Below are positions 26,408 through 41,222 of a stretch of DNA of 64,000 nucleotides, piece by piece. Numbering within the stretch: position 1 is the stretch's first letter; each line of letters opens with the position of its first letter. The stretch is taken from the NCBI GenBank assembly GCA_964016885.1, contig OZ024742.1, forward strand, positions 353,400,001 to 353,464,000. The letters run 5' to 3'. The notes below the pieces were generated by a model, which saw nothing but the letters and a program-made list of their open reading frames with translations, was not told where the DNA came from and searched no databases. Made by a program: the position numbers and the translations under genes. Source of the stretch: Eledone cirrhosa. Its lineage: Eukaryota.

Positions 26408-26877
26408 GACGAACCCACAACATACACACGTCAACATACATACCTACATCAGCACACATCTCTACCCACATATAAACACAATAACACACGTAAACACACA
26501 TGCTCTATGGTGCAATACAAACAAATATATGTGCATATATATGTATGTATATATGTATATATATATATATATATATGTAGTGAATATATGTGTGTGTGTG
26601 TGTGTATATATATAGTGAATATCATTTCACACCTTTTATTGTTAAGATTTTTGATGTTCTATTAAGAGAACCGATTTTACTGAAAACATCGAATAATGTA
26701 CACCATTTTACCAGGGGGGAAAAAATGCTGGTCCCCCCCCCCCAACACACACATATATACACAAACACACGCGTACATCAACATACAAAGAGACTTATAC
26801 ACACACACACACACACGCACTTCTCCGTATAAGACGAAAGCTGAAAAATATCCTTTGACCTTCGAATGACTCTGCTG

Positions 26878-26940
<63 letters not shown>

Positions 26941-27000
26941 ATCTTAATAGCCATTTGACACACATCGCTGCTGGCTATTGTCGCAGCATCGAATACCTTA

Positions 27001-27036
<36 letters not shown>

Positions 27037-27245
27037 TTGTTGTGAAAGAGTCATTTCTCAATCTTGGCGCAAAACAAATTGTTTATCCACATGACCTCTA
27101 CCTACCAATCAAAATTGTTTTGACCACAAGCATTTTTGCAACACAAAAATAACGCTGGAGCCAATTTTTTTAACATAAAAACAGGTAGAATTCCCAAAAC
27201 TAATCAGATCAGAGCAAACAACACGGACACTCTATCTCAAAATTA

Positions 27246-27283
27246 TTTTTGAAAAGCATTTAGAAATGCGCAACCGGTAAAAA
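27246..27283 (+). ncRNA. Atypical minimal hammerhead-like motif, family E (U3-A8, GCAA); other copies 23070-23106(-), 31496-31532(-), 32906-32943(+), 53496-53532(-), 53589-53626(+)
   Basis: UUU-UUGAAAA-GCAUU-UAGA-AAUGC-GCAA-CCGG-UA-AAA. Confidence 0.55.
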
Positions 27284-27400
27284 CTTAAAAACTTAAAACC
27301 ACAACCGAATACTAACCCATACAATCACTAATACTCTTTTATTCCTAATTAAACCATTTTTCAACTGTGAACAATTTGTCAGCATTTTCTATTCCGTTTA

Positions 27401-27443
<43 letters not shown>

Positions 27444-27445
<2 letters not shown>

Positions 27446-27805
27446 CAGCTACTGAATTTGAAAATGAGTTAGTAACATGTGCTTACGTCGTATTTGACTA
27501 AATGGAATTAGTCTGCAAGTTAAGATTTAAAAAAACTCTGAATGGAAAAAGAAAAGGATGAGTATTGACGTACATAGGACACGAAGCTCCATCTTTAGTT
27601 TGCCAGACCAATGTATTACCGTCGAACCATCACGCCACCCATTTCTTCAATTAAAATCTATATAACTACGGCAGGTATTTGTATGAATATGAATGGGGTG
27701 ACATTCAGAGGGCTTTTTTGAAATCCCAACTAACAGACTAATTATATTTAGTCAAATACGGCGTAAGCACATGTTACTACCTAATTTTCAAATTCGCTAG
27801 CAGTT
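27444..27805. mobile_element. Element with ~100-bp terminal inverted repeats enclosing a tRNA-like sequence
   Basis: 27444-27545 mirrored at ~27700-27805. Confidence 0.7.
27567..27636 (-). pseudogene. Degenerate tRNA-like sequence (anticodon loop CUGGCAA, GGC) followed by a T-run
   Basis: Acceptor GGCGUG/UACGUC, A-box-like TGGTTCGACGGT, anticodon stem UUGGU/ACUAA, B-box-like TTCGTGTCC, TTTT ~12 nt downstream. Confidence 0.5.
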
Positions 27806-28619
27806 TGTAAATAAAGCATTTGACAAAGTAAATATATTTATGAATATTTTAGGTTCAAAATGGATAGTGCTTAGGATGAATATTCGAGATTATATTGCTT
27901 TCCGCACATGCGATCAGATACATTTATTGTAAGTTCTTATATAGTCGTATTACACAATTCGTAACTATATATATGGAATACTAGAAATATCAACCTGTGT
28001 TTCAACATGTAATTGGAAAACTGTTAGAACATTATTAAGTGACACAATTCCATGTAACTAATTTAAGACGACTAGTTAAGGAATTTACAATTCAACATAA
28101 AACACTACTTCGAATGATGTGCACGAGTAAGGTGATTGCATTGGTAAACTTATTTTCCCAAATAGAGAATATTTACGTGGCAATGAGAAAAAATAATATT
28201 GAAACAACTGAAAATAAATTAAGGTCGTCGTATATCGTATGTTAAAGTACAAGCAGCTATATACATCTTGCTGATTGCTTTCAATGTTACATTCATAAAT
28301 TAAATGTATAAGTCTGATCAGTGTGTTCTCAAAAATGTGTGCATTTCAGAAATTATTTTGATATTTTAGGCAATATAATAGGGTACATAATATTCAAGGT
28401 GAATTCAGCTCTGGGCATTCCCTCACATATAAATACGCAATGGAGACAAACGACGTTGTCTAATGACAGACTTGTCAAATATGAAAAAATTATATGTCTG
28501 GGGCATACAAGATATCCAGTTTACATTATTCCTTGAGCTATGCATCAGCACCGGTCTCTTACATATCTCAATGTAATGCAGCAGCTATTGTGCTGAAAAT
28601 CCTTGTTAATCCATGTCAG

Positions 28620-29057
28620 TCGAATCCAGAATGCAGAACTGCAGAACCCCACATCTGTCCCCCTTAGTAATAAATGCCTAAGGAAAACCTTAATATACGG
28701 ATGTAGAGTAAAAAACCCCAACTCTGAACAACTTTACATAGGAGCCACATCAACGAGCTTCAAAGACCGATGTTATAACCATCACCATTCCTTTAATAGG
28801 GAGAGCAAAAAGAAAAGTACGACTCTTTCCGAACTGATCTGGAAGCTCAAGCTGGACAGGACCCCGTACTCTCTGGCTTAGTCCAAAATCAAAAAATACC
28901 ACCTGATAGAGGAGGATCTGGCATCTGCAAACTATGTATGAGTGAGAACCTAGAGATACTCAGCGGTGGAATCAGCCTAATAAACCTGAAGGCCGACTTC
29001 TTCGGTACATGTAGATCCCTTAGGACCGGAACATTCCTTAAGCTCTATGGACAATAA
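28620..29057 (+). pseudogene. PLE GIY-YIG endonuclease 3' fragment (Naiad-like)
   Basis: PLSNKCLRKTLIYGCRV..YIGATSTSFKDRCYNH..TTLSELIWKLK..CKLC. Confidence 0.8.
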
Positions 29058-30200
29058 CAACACATTGGGATGACAACTTCCCTAAAGCTATAGCGACAGC
29101 AGCCCCGCCACACCGAGCCCAAGGTAAACAACCCCTACACACTCAACAATCCTACTCCTGCCTCGATCGACTCCTATGGCAACACGTACTTATACATATG
29201 TACATGCATAGATACCATTGTTTAAAATCACACATACATAGATATGTATGTGTGTGTATGTGTGCGTATATATATATAGTGTATGTATGTATGTGTTTTT
29301 GTGTGTGTGTGTATAAAGTATATATATGTGTGTGTGTATATATGTATATATATGTATATATATTGAATGCACCTGAGCCTGTGTTTGTGCGTGTGTGCTG
29401 GCAACGATGTGCGTTGACATACACGCATATGTACTTTATGCCGAAATAGGGACTGTAGTCCGTTGCATTTCCCGATTTTGACATTCAGATTTTGGTATTT
29501 TTAACTCCACTTTTATCTCATTTGCTCTTAAAACGCAACAGTTGATGATAGTGTAGGAATTGGAATTCTTTACACTTCTCGATTCTGACACACAGGTTTT
29601 CTACTTCAGTTAATATTTTTCAAAACTTTCAAATATTGATATTGGCTGTAACACACACATTTTTTATTTTTTTATTTGTTTGGCACCCACCACCACGTGA
29701 AATGTTGACAGGATAGATGACCACCTACACACACATTCTTCGGAACATAGCAGCAACACACTAAAACTGCCCTGCCAGCTGACCCGTTAACACCACTACA
29801 ACTACCAACACAATGGAGGAGGTCAGCTGTACCTAAACAAAAACTACTACAACAGATAGTCTTGCCTCAAATAATTTCTGTAGACTTTCGACTGTGGAAT
29901 GTTCTGACAACTGACCAATGGGATGCGAGCGTGTCCTATGCCGCCGAAATTCGTTTGCTCTAAATCATAGGATTCCAGTTCCTAAAAGAAATAACAAGAC
30001 TACCAAGAGCTAGACATATGGAGGGATTGACGGAGTAAAACACACTTCAACAACATGTGTACCTGTCCTTCCCACACCAATTCGGACTACCTGAAGAGGT
30101 CACAGCCAATGATGGCTGTCACAGTAATATGTATATCAGTATATCTATAATTTGTAATAAACGAAGCCAAATTTTGCATATATGACTTAATTATTTGATA

Positions 30201-30275
<75 letters not shown>

Positions 30276-31122
30276 GTGTTATTCTGGGTGGGGTGTATAT
30301 AAATATGTATACATATAGATATATTGTATATATTTAGCAATGCTGACATGAAGGGACATGTTATTTTTCTCAAAACCTTTTTTTTTTTCGTTTCCGACAG
30401 TGACGCCTCTTCAATTTCTCATTCCGATCCGAAACATTGAGTATTATTTCATACTATATATAGCGTAAAACTAATAATGTACTGTGCCTTTTGCTTTATA
30501 TATTATAATAATAATAATAAATTGACAGACCCAGCATTGGTATCAATGCTATGACCGGTTGCATCTCAGCATACTCAATAGGTAATGTTAGATACACTCC
30601 CAGAGTATACACAAAGTTATTCGCTTCAATACAACACACGTAAACGGGTACCTATATTAGTTCCCGAACTAGATTTTCTGCCACACTTAATGCAGCAGCA
30701 GAGTGCACAGCACCCTCTGTCCGCAGATATTATGCAACAATGTATAATCGGCGCATGAGGCCTCATCAGCCGGTTTCGCCTAATCAATAACCAATCGATC
30801 GACAGAATTCGACTCCAGTCAGTGCCGAGTATGACTGCTTGTGACGGGCAATATAGTAAAGTGATTAGCAACTGGGATCTCATGACAATGCTCAACTCCG
30901 ACCGACCACCGATTTATATGTTTACGTGATGTCAGGAGATTAGAAATCAAATAATTCTGCTCTCAACATAATATCTCGGCCAACGTCTCTAAATCAATAA
31001 GTTAGTGAAAAATAGGTTGTAGGAAGAAGCAGTCTCACATCGCTGCATAATAGAATGGTAGCATTCGGCTCTAGTCATATATATATATAAAGTCCCATAT
31101 ATATATATATATATATATATAT

Positions 31123-31317
31123 AACGAAGGAAATGTGGTAAGGAACCAGGTGGGCCATAACGCACCAAAGTACTCAATACTTGAGGTAGTAGAGTGGGTA
31201 ATAGGAACCAGTAAGACCACGACAGCTGAGCTCAAGCCGTTTCGACGGCTAATTCTGGACTCAGTCCAGAATTAGCCGGGAAACGGCTTGAGCTCAGCTG
31301 TCGGGGTCTTACTGGTT

Positions 31318-31322
<5 letters not shown>
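31123..31322. mobile_element. Fold-back pLTR remnant, family F; near-perfect 122-bp palindrome 31201-31322
   Basis: Self-complementary; contains the HHR 3' half GAAA-CGGC-UU-GAGC on both arms. Confidence 0.8.
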
Positions 31323-33157
<1,835 letters not shown>

Positions 33158-33164
33158 TATATAG

Positions 33165-33205
<41 letters not shown>

Positions 33206-33233
33206 AATATATATATATAAATATATATCATAA

Positions 33234-33280
<47 letters not shown>

Positions 33281-33304
33281 ATAAATATATATATATCTAT
33301 TTAT

Positions 33305-33625
33305 ATACGAAGGAAGTGTGGCAAGGAACGAGGTGGTCCATAACGCACCAGAGTACTCTATACTTTGGGTAATAGGAAAATGTTTAAGACCCCGACGGCA
33401 TAGCTCAAGCCGATTCTACGGCTATAGATTTTTAGCGTGGTAATAAATAGCCGAACTTTTCAAGGGGCAATTCGTTAATCCTTTTGACAACTACTATCTT
33501 CCCATATAAGGAATTACCCCTTAAAATGTTCGGCTATTCATTACCAAGCTAAAAATGTAATTTATTCCAGAAATAGCGGTAGAAACTGCTTGAGCTCTGA
33601 CGTCGGGGTCTTGAACATTTTCTAT
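33305..33625. mobile_element. Family F inverted pLTR pair with decayed full HHR motifs (U3-A8 type)
   Basis: CCCC-UUGAAAA-GUUCGGCUAU..AUAGCCGUA-GAA(A/U)-CGGC-UU-GAGC on opposing arms. Confidence 0.65.
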
Positions 33626-34499
33626 ATATATATATATATATGGATATATAGATGTTGGCGTGTGCGTGTGTATATGTGTGTGGGTAAATATGGTTCTATG
33701 ATTTATCTAAATATAGATGTGTATGCTTAGTTAAATTTATGTAGTCTTGTTACAGCTCAAATACAATCCCAATGGTCGTTTAGCAGCTATGACATTTTGT
33801 CAGATGTATGTAATATGTGTGAATACATATAAATCCTTGCACATGTATAGTAATGCCTGTTTGAGAATGCATATCCTATACTGTGAAAAACGGCAATAAT
33901 CGGTGTAAATTCTAGTGAGGTCGTTCTATGATAATGTCTTTGCTACAGTCACCATCAGTCTCATTTGATTATAGTTTCCTAATACAATGTAATGCCTGCT
34001 CTCATCTAAGGGCGCTGTCCGCCAGGAATGAATGCAATCACTAAACAAATTCTAGTGCGTTTAGCTAACAGTCTCTCAACAACCGATTTGAGATTTTATG
34101 TTATATTCATGAAAATGTAGATTCATTTCCATGAGCCATGTGCATCACTCCTAAGAGATTTTTGTAAGAAGTACACGCACAACAAATCACCCTATCCTTG
34201 AATAATGGATTAGGTTAGAATACATTAACCAATGAGGAATAATAACAGTGACTGGGTAATGCAATAGTTCACGAAATATCACTGATGGCTCTTTCAGAAA
34301 CAATATATTTGTCAAATCAAAAATAGGTTGCACATTCTATAGGAATAGGTCATTACGTTAAAAATCATGATATTGTCTGTTTGCAGATTTTTCATTTTAA
34401 TATTACAATGTGTATAGGATAAGATTGAAGAATTCAAACATATACAATATAATATTTGTTTTTAACGATTTCAATTCATTTATGTATTCGGTAAATTAT

Positions 34500-34700
34500 G
34501 GTTTCTAATTTAGTCAATATGTCAGCAATTGTTTGGCGGAGGGCAAAGTCGATTAAATCGACCCCAGTGTGGGACTAGTGCTTTATTTCATCTACCCGTT
34601 AACGAGGAAAGGTAAAGCTCCACTCAGCGTCATTTTACCTCGGAACGTATAGCGACATAACTCTATGCTTCAAAGCATAATGTCTGATTCTCTATAGATA
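34500..34700 (-). mobile_element. Diverged octopus-type SINE
   Basis: agtcgattaaatcgaccccagt..gaggaaaggtaaag..cctcggaacgta. Confidence 0.65.
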
Positions 34701-35712
34701 CTGTTCATCCATCGTAGGTAACTTATGAAAGATTACTGGCTTGATCACTACTATATAGGCCTGGCTGGAGGCCAACAATTCCGTGTCATTTTTAAAGGGC
34801 ATCGAAAAACTAAAGGACGACAGCAATATGTGTATGAATCAGAGGAGGAAATATGTTGACTAAAATCATAATAAACTGACCCGCCAATATTTCCGAAAGC
34901 CAGGGACTTTTCCGCAATTCTAGTATATGAAAACATATACACCTAACAGTAAATATCGTTTGATCAATTTGGGAGAAATACTCTCTACAATTACGTAAAA
35001 TGTTGTACCACAATCAAACTTCACTGTTGAACATGATTTGTTTGTATGGCATACATTTGTCTTTACTGGGGTTAATCTCATATATACACAATGAATTCAC
35101 TGTTATTTTAAAATAATGAGATACAACAGGCATTAAAGCTTAGATACAGAAACGTTAATACTGAACATGTTTCGTTAGAATAGCCAACTGTTTCATACTG
35201 TTAGATATTCAATTTTCCTGCAACTAATGTCAGAAGTTCACAGGAGGGTGCCCATATTTTCCATGTTCACTCGACAATATTTCCGTCACTATCCAATGTA
35301 ACAAGAAAATGAAATCTGTGTGAATATTGTTGAGAATTAATCACATTGAAACATGTATCTGTGCTATTATTGTTTGTATAACAATCTTCAATTACAGAAA
35401 TGATCTGCGTCATAAATTTCCTAACAGAAATAATCAATATTCTCTTCATAGGAAGAGCTGTGTCGACTGCTCGGATAACAGGAAAAAGGGAATGAATATT
35501 TAGATATATTTAAGAGGTTATTTTAAATATATGTTACTCCCTGGCAAATATATATGCCTATCGATATAGGCATAGATCCTCGAGCATATGACATTCCCTT
35601 ACATAAGACATTGAAGCTAATAACACCAATTTGTATCATATTGGATTGATTTTGTATTCATTGTATTCATTTCTCAATAGCTGCCCTTATTCATATATAT
35701 ATATATATATAT

Positions 35713-35922
35713 ATAGGAAAAAGTATGACCCTGACGGCAGAGCTCAAGCCGTTTCGACGGCTATATTTGGACCCTGTCCAGAAATAGCCGTCGAAACGGC
35801 TTGAGCTCTGCCGTCGGGGTCATACTTTTTCCTATTTCCCACTCAACCACCCTAAGTATCTAAGTATTGAGTACTCTGGTGCGTTATGGTCCATTTGGTT
35901 CCTTACCACAATTCCTTTGTAA
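35713..35922. mobile_element. Family F fold-back remnant; palindrome 35713-35835
   Basis: Same family and same fold-back point as 31201-31322. Confidence 0.8.
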
Positions 35923-35935
35923 TATATATATATAT

Positions 35936-36126
35936 AAGTTTATCCCGTGTTCAATCTGGGTTAAATACAGTAAGTAAGGTACTCAATACCAAGTAGAGTA
36001 TACATATCTAATATAGAAAAGCTTCTATAGCACTAGAACTGTTTCATTCGTGAGACACTATCAGGGCTTCCTGATGATTTCTCACGAATGAAACAGTTCT
36101 AGTCATGTAGAGGCTTTTCTATATTA
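35936..36126. mobile_element. Family B fold-back remnant; palindrome 36009-36126 with HHR on plus at 36066-36114 and a decayed copy on minus
   Basis: GCUUC-CUGAUGA-UUUC-UCAC-GAAU-GAA-ACAG..AUGU-A-GAGGC; stem I differs from 12269-12319 but still pairs. Confidence 0.75.
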
Positions 36127-36127
36127 A

Positions 36128-36178
<51 letters not shown>

Positions 36179-36183
36179 GGTGT

Positions 36184-36300
36184 TTTTATCGACCCTATAA
36201 GGTCGAAAGCTAACATAGGCGGGATGTAGACACAGTGTGTAAAGGACCATAATTCGACGCTGCAAACCATGGTGTCTGACGCTCTACCGATACTACCAAT
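36184..36300 (-). mobile_element. Diverged SINE fragment
   Basis: tttatcgaccctataagg..ggcgggat..gtctgacgctctaccgat. Confidence 0.5.
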
Positions 36301-36565
36301 GCACCCCCTGATTATAATAATAATAAACATGGGTAGGTCTCATATTCTCATTATTTTTACGTACGATTCAAAGGGCGTTTCACGATTTATCAGCAGAATA
36401 TTCGATCTCTATCGGGCCCGATAGTGGTTTTATAATTCCAGAGTAGGGCTCGATCGGTGAGCTGATCAGTCCCGAAACGTGCGATATGCTCGAATAAATA
36501 TACTGAAACTTTGACACTACGTCATGCTCATTATTGTTATAATTATTATTATTATTATTATTATT

Positions 36566-39500
36566 GAAGGTGAAGCCACGCTTCTTATCGCCTCCAGTTT
36601 TTTTTCAGCAGTTTACCTCATTTTCAACCGTTCTAAACCTTTTATTAAAGTTTTAAACCTGATAAAATTTAGAAGAAGTGGCTCACCTAATACCGTGTTT
36701 CACTCGTAAATAATACGGCACCCTTTTACGGGGTGTCGTATTGTGTAAAAATATTATTTAAAAGAAAAATTTCTTTTAACATGGATAAAACAAGAAAGAG
36801 AGAGAGAGAGCGCTGTCAGACAACACAGAGAGGGGGAGACTTTGTCAACATATCAACAAGAGAGCGTTCTAGCGAAGGTAAATATAAAAGAAAATATTAC
36901 GAAGGGAAAGAGGAACAATAGCATTTTTAATGATATTGTTACAGATTTAAAATTACCAAATATTTCTAACACAAACAACACCAAAAATAGGTCCAGCAAC
37001 AACACCATAAATAACAACAGCAACAACAAAAATAAGAGCAGCAAGGTCGAGAACGACAATGACAATGACAATAATTGTTTCTACTTTAGTCACAAGGCCA
37101 GCAATTATCAGTGCATTACTGGTACTTTATTTTATCGACCCCGTAAGGATGAAAGGCAAAATCAACAGCCACAACAACAACAATAACAGTAACAGTATCA
37201 ACAAATACAACAATAATAACAACCGCCACAATTACAGTGACAACAGCAACATTATCAACGAAAAGAACAACAACAACAGCAACACCAGTACCAACGAAAA
37301 CATCAACAATGAAATCGATACCTGTAACATCGATCTCAGTACCACCAGCAAGACCAGTAGCGGCAGCAATAGAAGTGCTGCTGAAAAAGGGACCCCTCTT
37401 TTGCAGGTGTCGCCCGAAATATCGAAACAGTGTTAGTCACAGAGGAGGAGATGGCAGTCGCAAGAGCCATGGTGACAAGAAGCGCCAATAGAGTCTCCCT
37501 GAAACCTCCACCCGAATTGTTCAAGGACCAGAAATTACGGACGGTAACTTACCGCACCGTAAGCAAAATGTCACATCGGATGGAATGAGCCAGGGAGGCT
37601 CAAATCCAAAAGTCTTTGGGGTGCGTCTGGGCGCGCAAAACCCATATCACCCGAGGTACAAAGTACGCCACAGTAGACGTACTTTTCACAACCCCCCAAG
37701 AAGCGAAGTCTCACTCTTTGGAAACCCTAAATAGTAAGGAGATAGTCTATCCCTCCTACTGCGGGCAGAAAATTGTGAGGGTCAAAGTGATGGCCGCGTC
37801 TGTCCTTGCTGGAATCGAGGACAGGCCGAGCAAGCTGCAAGTAGAAAAAATAGGGAGACAGAACTGGTCAGGTATAGGCATGCAAATGCTTATACAGACT
37901 GACCAGGAATGTATCGACGCTATCACCGATATCATAGCCTCGAGGAAGGATTCCAACTCCCTATAAGCGTGGAAGGAAGACGGCCAAAATGTTATCTCTG
38001 TGGTTCGAAGTGTCACTTCAGGGCCTTTTGCCCGCAGAAGACAGCGAAGAAGAAGGCCCCTCTCCTTTCCAACACCTGGTCCGCTGCTACCCAGAGCAGG
38101 GTAGGCAACAAACGCAGAAGCACCTTCCACGGTGAGTAGGAGGGCAACGTATGTGTCACCCGTACCACGGCACGGACAACTAAAGCAGCAACATCAGTTA
38201 AGGCAACACCAATAGCTACATTAGCAGTAGCTATACCAGCAACAACATTTCCGGAAAGGGCTCCACTACTTCCACCACGAACATCCATGGAGCACATACC
38301 CTTCCCAGACGACACGGAATCCGACATGGAGTCTGAGGCGGGAGTGAAGTGGCAAACGGTCTGCCACGAAAAAGAAAAAAAAGAAAAATACAGTTAGCTT
38401 CACCCTCCAAAAGCGAAGGCACACAAAGAGGGGTAAAGGCTGCAAGGAGAGTTGCAGCAACACAATCACCATCACCACCATAAGCACCACCTGCAACAAA
38501 AACCACACCACCACCGGCATCACCAAAAACACCAACAACGCAAACACAACAAAACACACACACCCAACAGCAACAAGAAGTAAACAGCAACACAATTTCC
38601 CTTCCCCCCAAAAAGTACAGAGCCATAAATATGGCAAAAAAAGAACTCATACAATATATAAAGCAGCAAACAGACATCACTGAAAAAAGCTACTACACCC
38701 AACCAACAGCAAGAACTCTCCCGACAAAAAATAAGCATCATTGATATCAAAATAAACAGTACAAACGTTTAAAACAAAAATTCATCAACGCAGTTGGAGA
38801 CTTCAGAGGGTCTGTTACCAAGAGGATATACACTAACATCTTCTTGGCCACACCCAAAGCCAGGAAAATGGACGGTTCTACTGTCACTTCACCACACAAT
38901 CAAGGTGAGTGACCCTTTCTCAATTGCCCCGTTTCTTATCCAACATGGCCGTGTTTAGAATAGGCAGTATAACTGCACGTGGCCTGGTGTCATCTTGGAA
39001 GCATGGTCAGCTGCTCAACGACCTCAGGTCACTAAACATAGATGTGGTGGCCATCAGCGAGATCAGAATCTCCGAAGCACAAGCCTTCACACTGATCTTC
39101 GCCGGCTACGATGTATACGCATCTCCCAGCGGTCCAACGGGTTATCTTCCTGGACCCAGAAGGTGAGTCGGTGGCGGTGGACGTGACCGGCAGCAAAGGC
39201 AATGCTTTCAAGCGAGTAGTCCTCTACTCCTCAGCTAAGGAAGGACGGCAAGATTTCTTCGGACGTCTAGAGACCTTTCTTGGACGTCCCGCTCGTTAGT
39301 GTTAGTGGGGGACTGGAACGGTATCTTGGATGCACGCTGGGATTGTGTGGGGCTAGTGGATAGGGGAGGGTGCAAGAGCCTCACCAACCTCCTCAGACGT
39401 TTTAAACTGTCTGTCAGGTATCGACTGCATCGCCCGAATGTGCCAATGTGGACATGGACAAACCGCATCGTGTCATCAAGATCATATCTCGATAGGGTAT

Positions 39501-40982
39501 TCTGCAGGGAATTAGATCAGACTAGTATAGGTTGTCCACAATTTAAAATAGTAGACTACACAGACCATAAATTTGTGATGTGTAAGATCAACATAGACAC
39601 ATTTCATAGACAAGGACTCGGTTACTGGAAGCTATACGCGTCTTTCCCGGCGCGCAAAGCTTACAGAGACCGGATGAGCATATTAGTTAAGCGGGCGTTG
39701 ACGGGAGCGGTCGTCAACAACAGGTGATGTTTTGCCCTGAAAAGGGCAATTAAAGTAGAGTCGATTAGGTTTAGCAAAGGAGTAGTGATAGATGAAAATA
39801 GATTAGAGGGAGAGTTAGCCAGAAAGCTAGAAGAGGCGTTTAGGTCAGGCAACGAAACCGACCCGCTTGCGGCGAGATTTGTCACTCGACCAATTCTTCA
39901 ACACAAAATGCTCGGCACCGCTCTCAAGGAATACGAAGCGGTGACAGGAGCAAATATAAGTGAGGAAAAGTCGGTGGGCTTGCAGCTCGGCATCTGGAGA
40001 GGCAAGTCCATGCCGTCCGACAGCGTCGGGGGGCGTTGGACGAAAGGACCGGTTAAATTACTCGGGGTCTGGTTCGAATCGGATCTCCAGATGGAGAAAA
40101 ACTGGAGCGAGGTGATGAGCAGGGTTGCCTCCCTCACCCATAAATGGGCCGAGAGGAAGCTGTCCCTGAAAGGCCGGGCGGAGTTGGCAAAAGCGTACAT
40201 CGCATCCGTCATCTGCTAGCGCCTCACCGTCGTCCCTTGCCGCGGTCCAACTCTCACGAGAATGGAGTCTCTCCTCTTACTCTTTTTATGGAAGATACGC
40301 ACTTCTATGGTCAGGCGATCCATCTGCTGTCAATACCTGTTGCGTGGAGGACTGGACATGCCATGGCTGATGATGCGCAAATATGCGCTGAGGCTGCAAC
40401 ATCTCTGGTGCTTCCTTGACGGTGAACAGGTGTGGTCGCCGTTCGCCTGGCAAGTTTTCCCACAGTTCTTCTCCTTGACGGAGCTGCAGGCGCTCACCGC
40501 CCTCTGCCAACCAGGTACCATTATCGATGGAAAATCCACCTCGGCGTTCCATAAAGGACTAGCGGAGGGAAGAGCGTCGACGATCTCGGAGAGATCCTGG
40601 TCGTCGAAGAAGAGCAGCTGTTTGCTCTGTTCCGGAGAACTTTCAGCCCAGGGCCTATGGATAACTTCCAAAAATCCCTGGCCTGGCAGTGCTACCGGGG
40701 AGCGTTACCGGTTCGAGGTAAACTCTACAGGCACGGAAGTGCTGTCAGCCGAGCCTGTCGAAGATGCGCGCAGAGCTACGAATCCGTCGTGCACGCACTC
40801 GTTCTGTGCGCGAGCATTCCATATGTTGATTTAAAACTGCACTATCCACAAGTGTTTTTTAGCCTTCATATCATGTTCTCCTGTTTTATCTGATGAAAAC
40901 ACAAATATTATTGCTTGATAAAGTTTGTTTTTGAAATGCGCATAATAAAATATATGGAACTCCTTTAACCATCTTATGATCT

Positions 40983-41026
<44 letters not shown>

Positions 41027-41156
41027 TTCTATGTCTTTTTTTTCTTTTTTTATATAAATAATAAAACTATTTACACGGACAAAACCCACATCATACCATC
41101 CTGTGCAGTCTGTAATGTTTTTCTTTATGTCAGCCCTTGTGGCCAATAAATAAATC
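36566..41156 (+). mobile_element. Tx1/L1-type LINE A (degenerate; most of the RT deleted near 39910)
   Basis: ORF1 with CYLCGSKCHFRAFC knuckle (~37990); ORF2 from ATG 38945 MAVFRIGSITARGL (APE), GDWN, DHK; terminal cccttgtggccaataaa; (ATT)n on both sides. Confidence 0.88.
37076..37166 (-). mobile_element. SINE fragment inserted in the (AAC/AAT)-rich 5' region of LINE A
   Basis: Similar to 2760-2860. Confidence 0.7.
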
Positions 41157-41157
41157 A

Positions 41158-41222
<65 letters not shown>

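Noticed and set aside
29540-29590. TTGATGA followed by hairpin AGTGTAGGAATT/AATTCTTTACACT as HHR or SECIS
   Set aside because: No GAAA after the stem and no correctly placed GA quartet
30085-30130. CTGAAGAGGTC-ACAGCC..GGCTGT as HHR of the 28.6-kb PLE fragment
   Set aside because: The 3' half (GAAA..UH, stem I) is absent; at best a truncated relic
34720-35480. Possible host exons in unique-looking sequence (also 21930-22310, 30530-30960)
   Set aside because: No recognisable domain or consistent splice/ORF structure; cannot be supported without transcript data
36436-36490. GGG..CCC-GAAACGTG stem resembling an HHR
   Set aside because: The 5' core reads CAGAGTA and stem I does not pair; too degenerate to call
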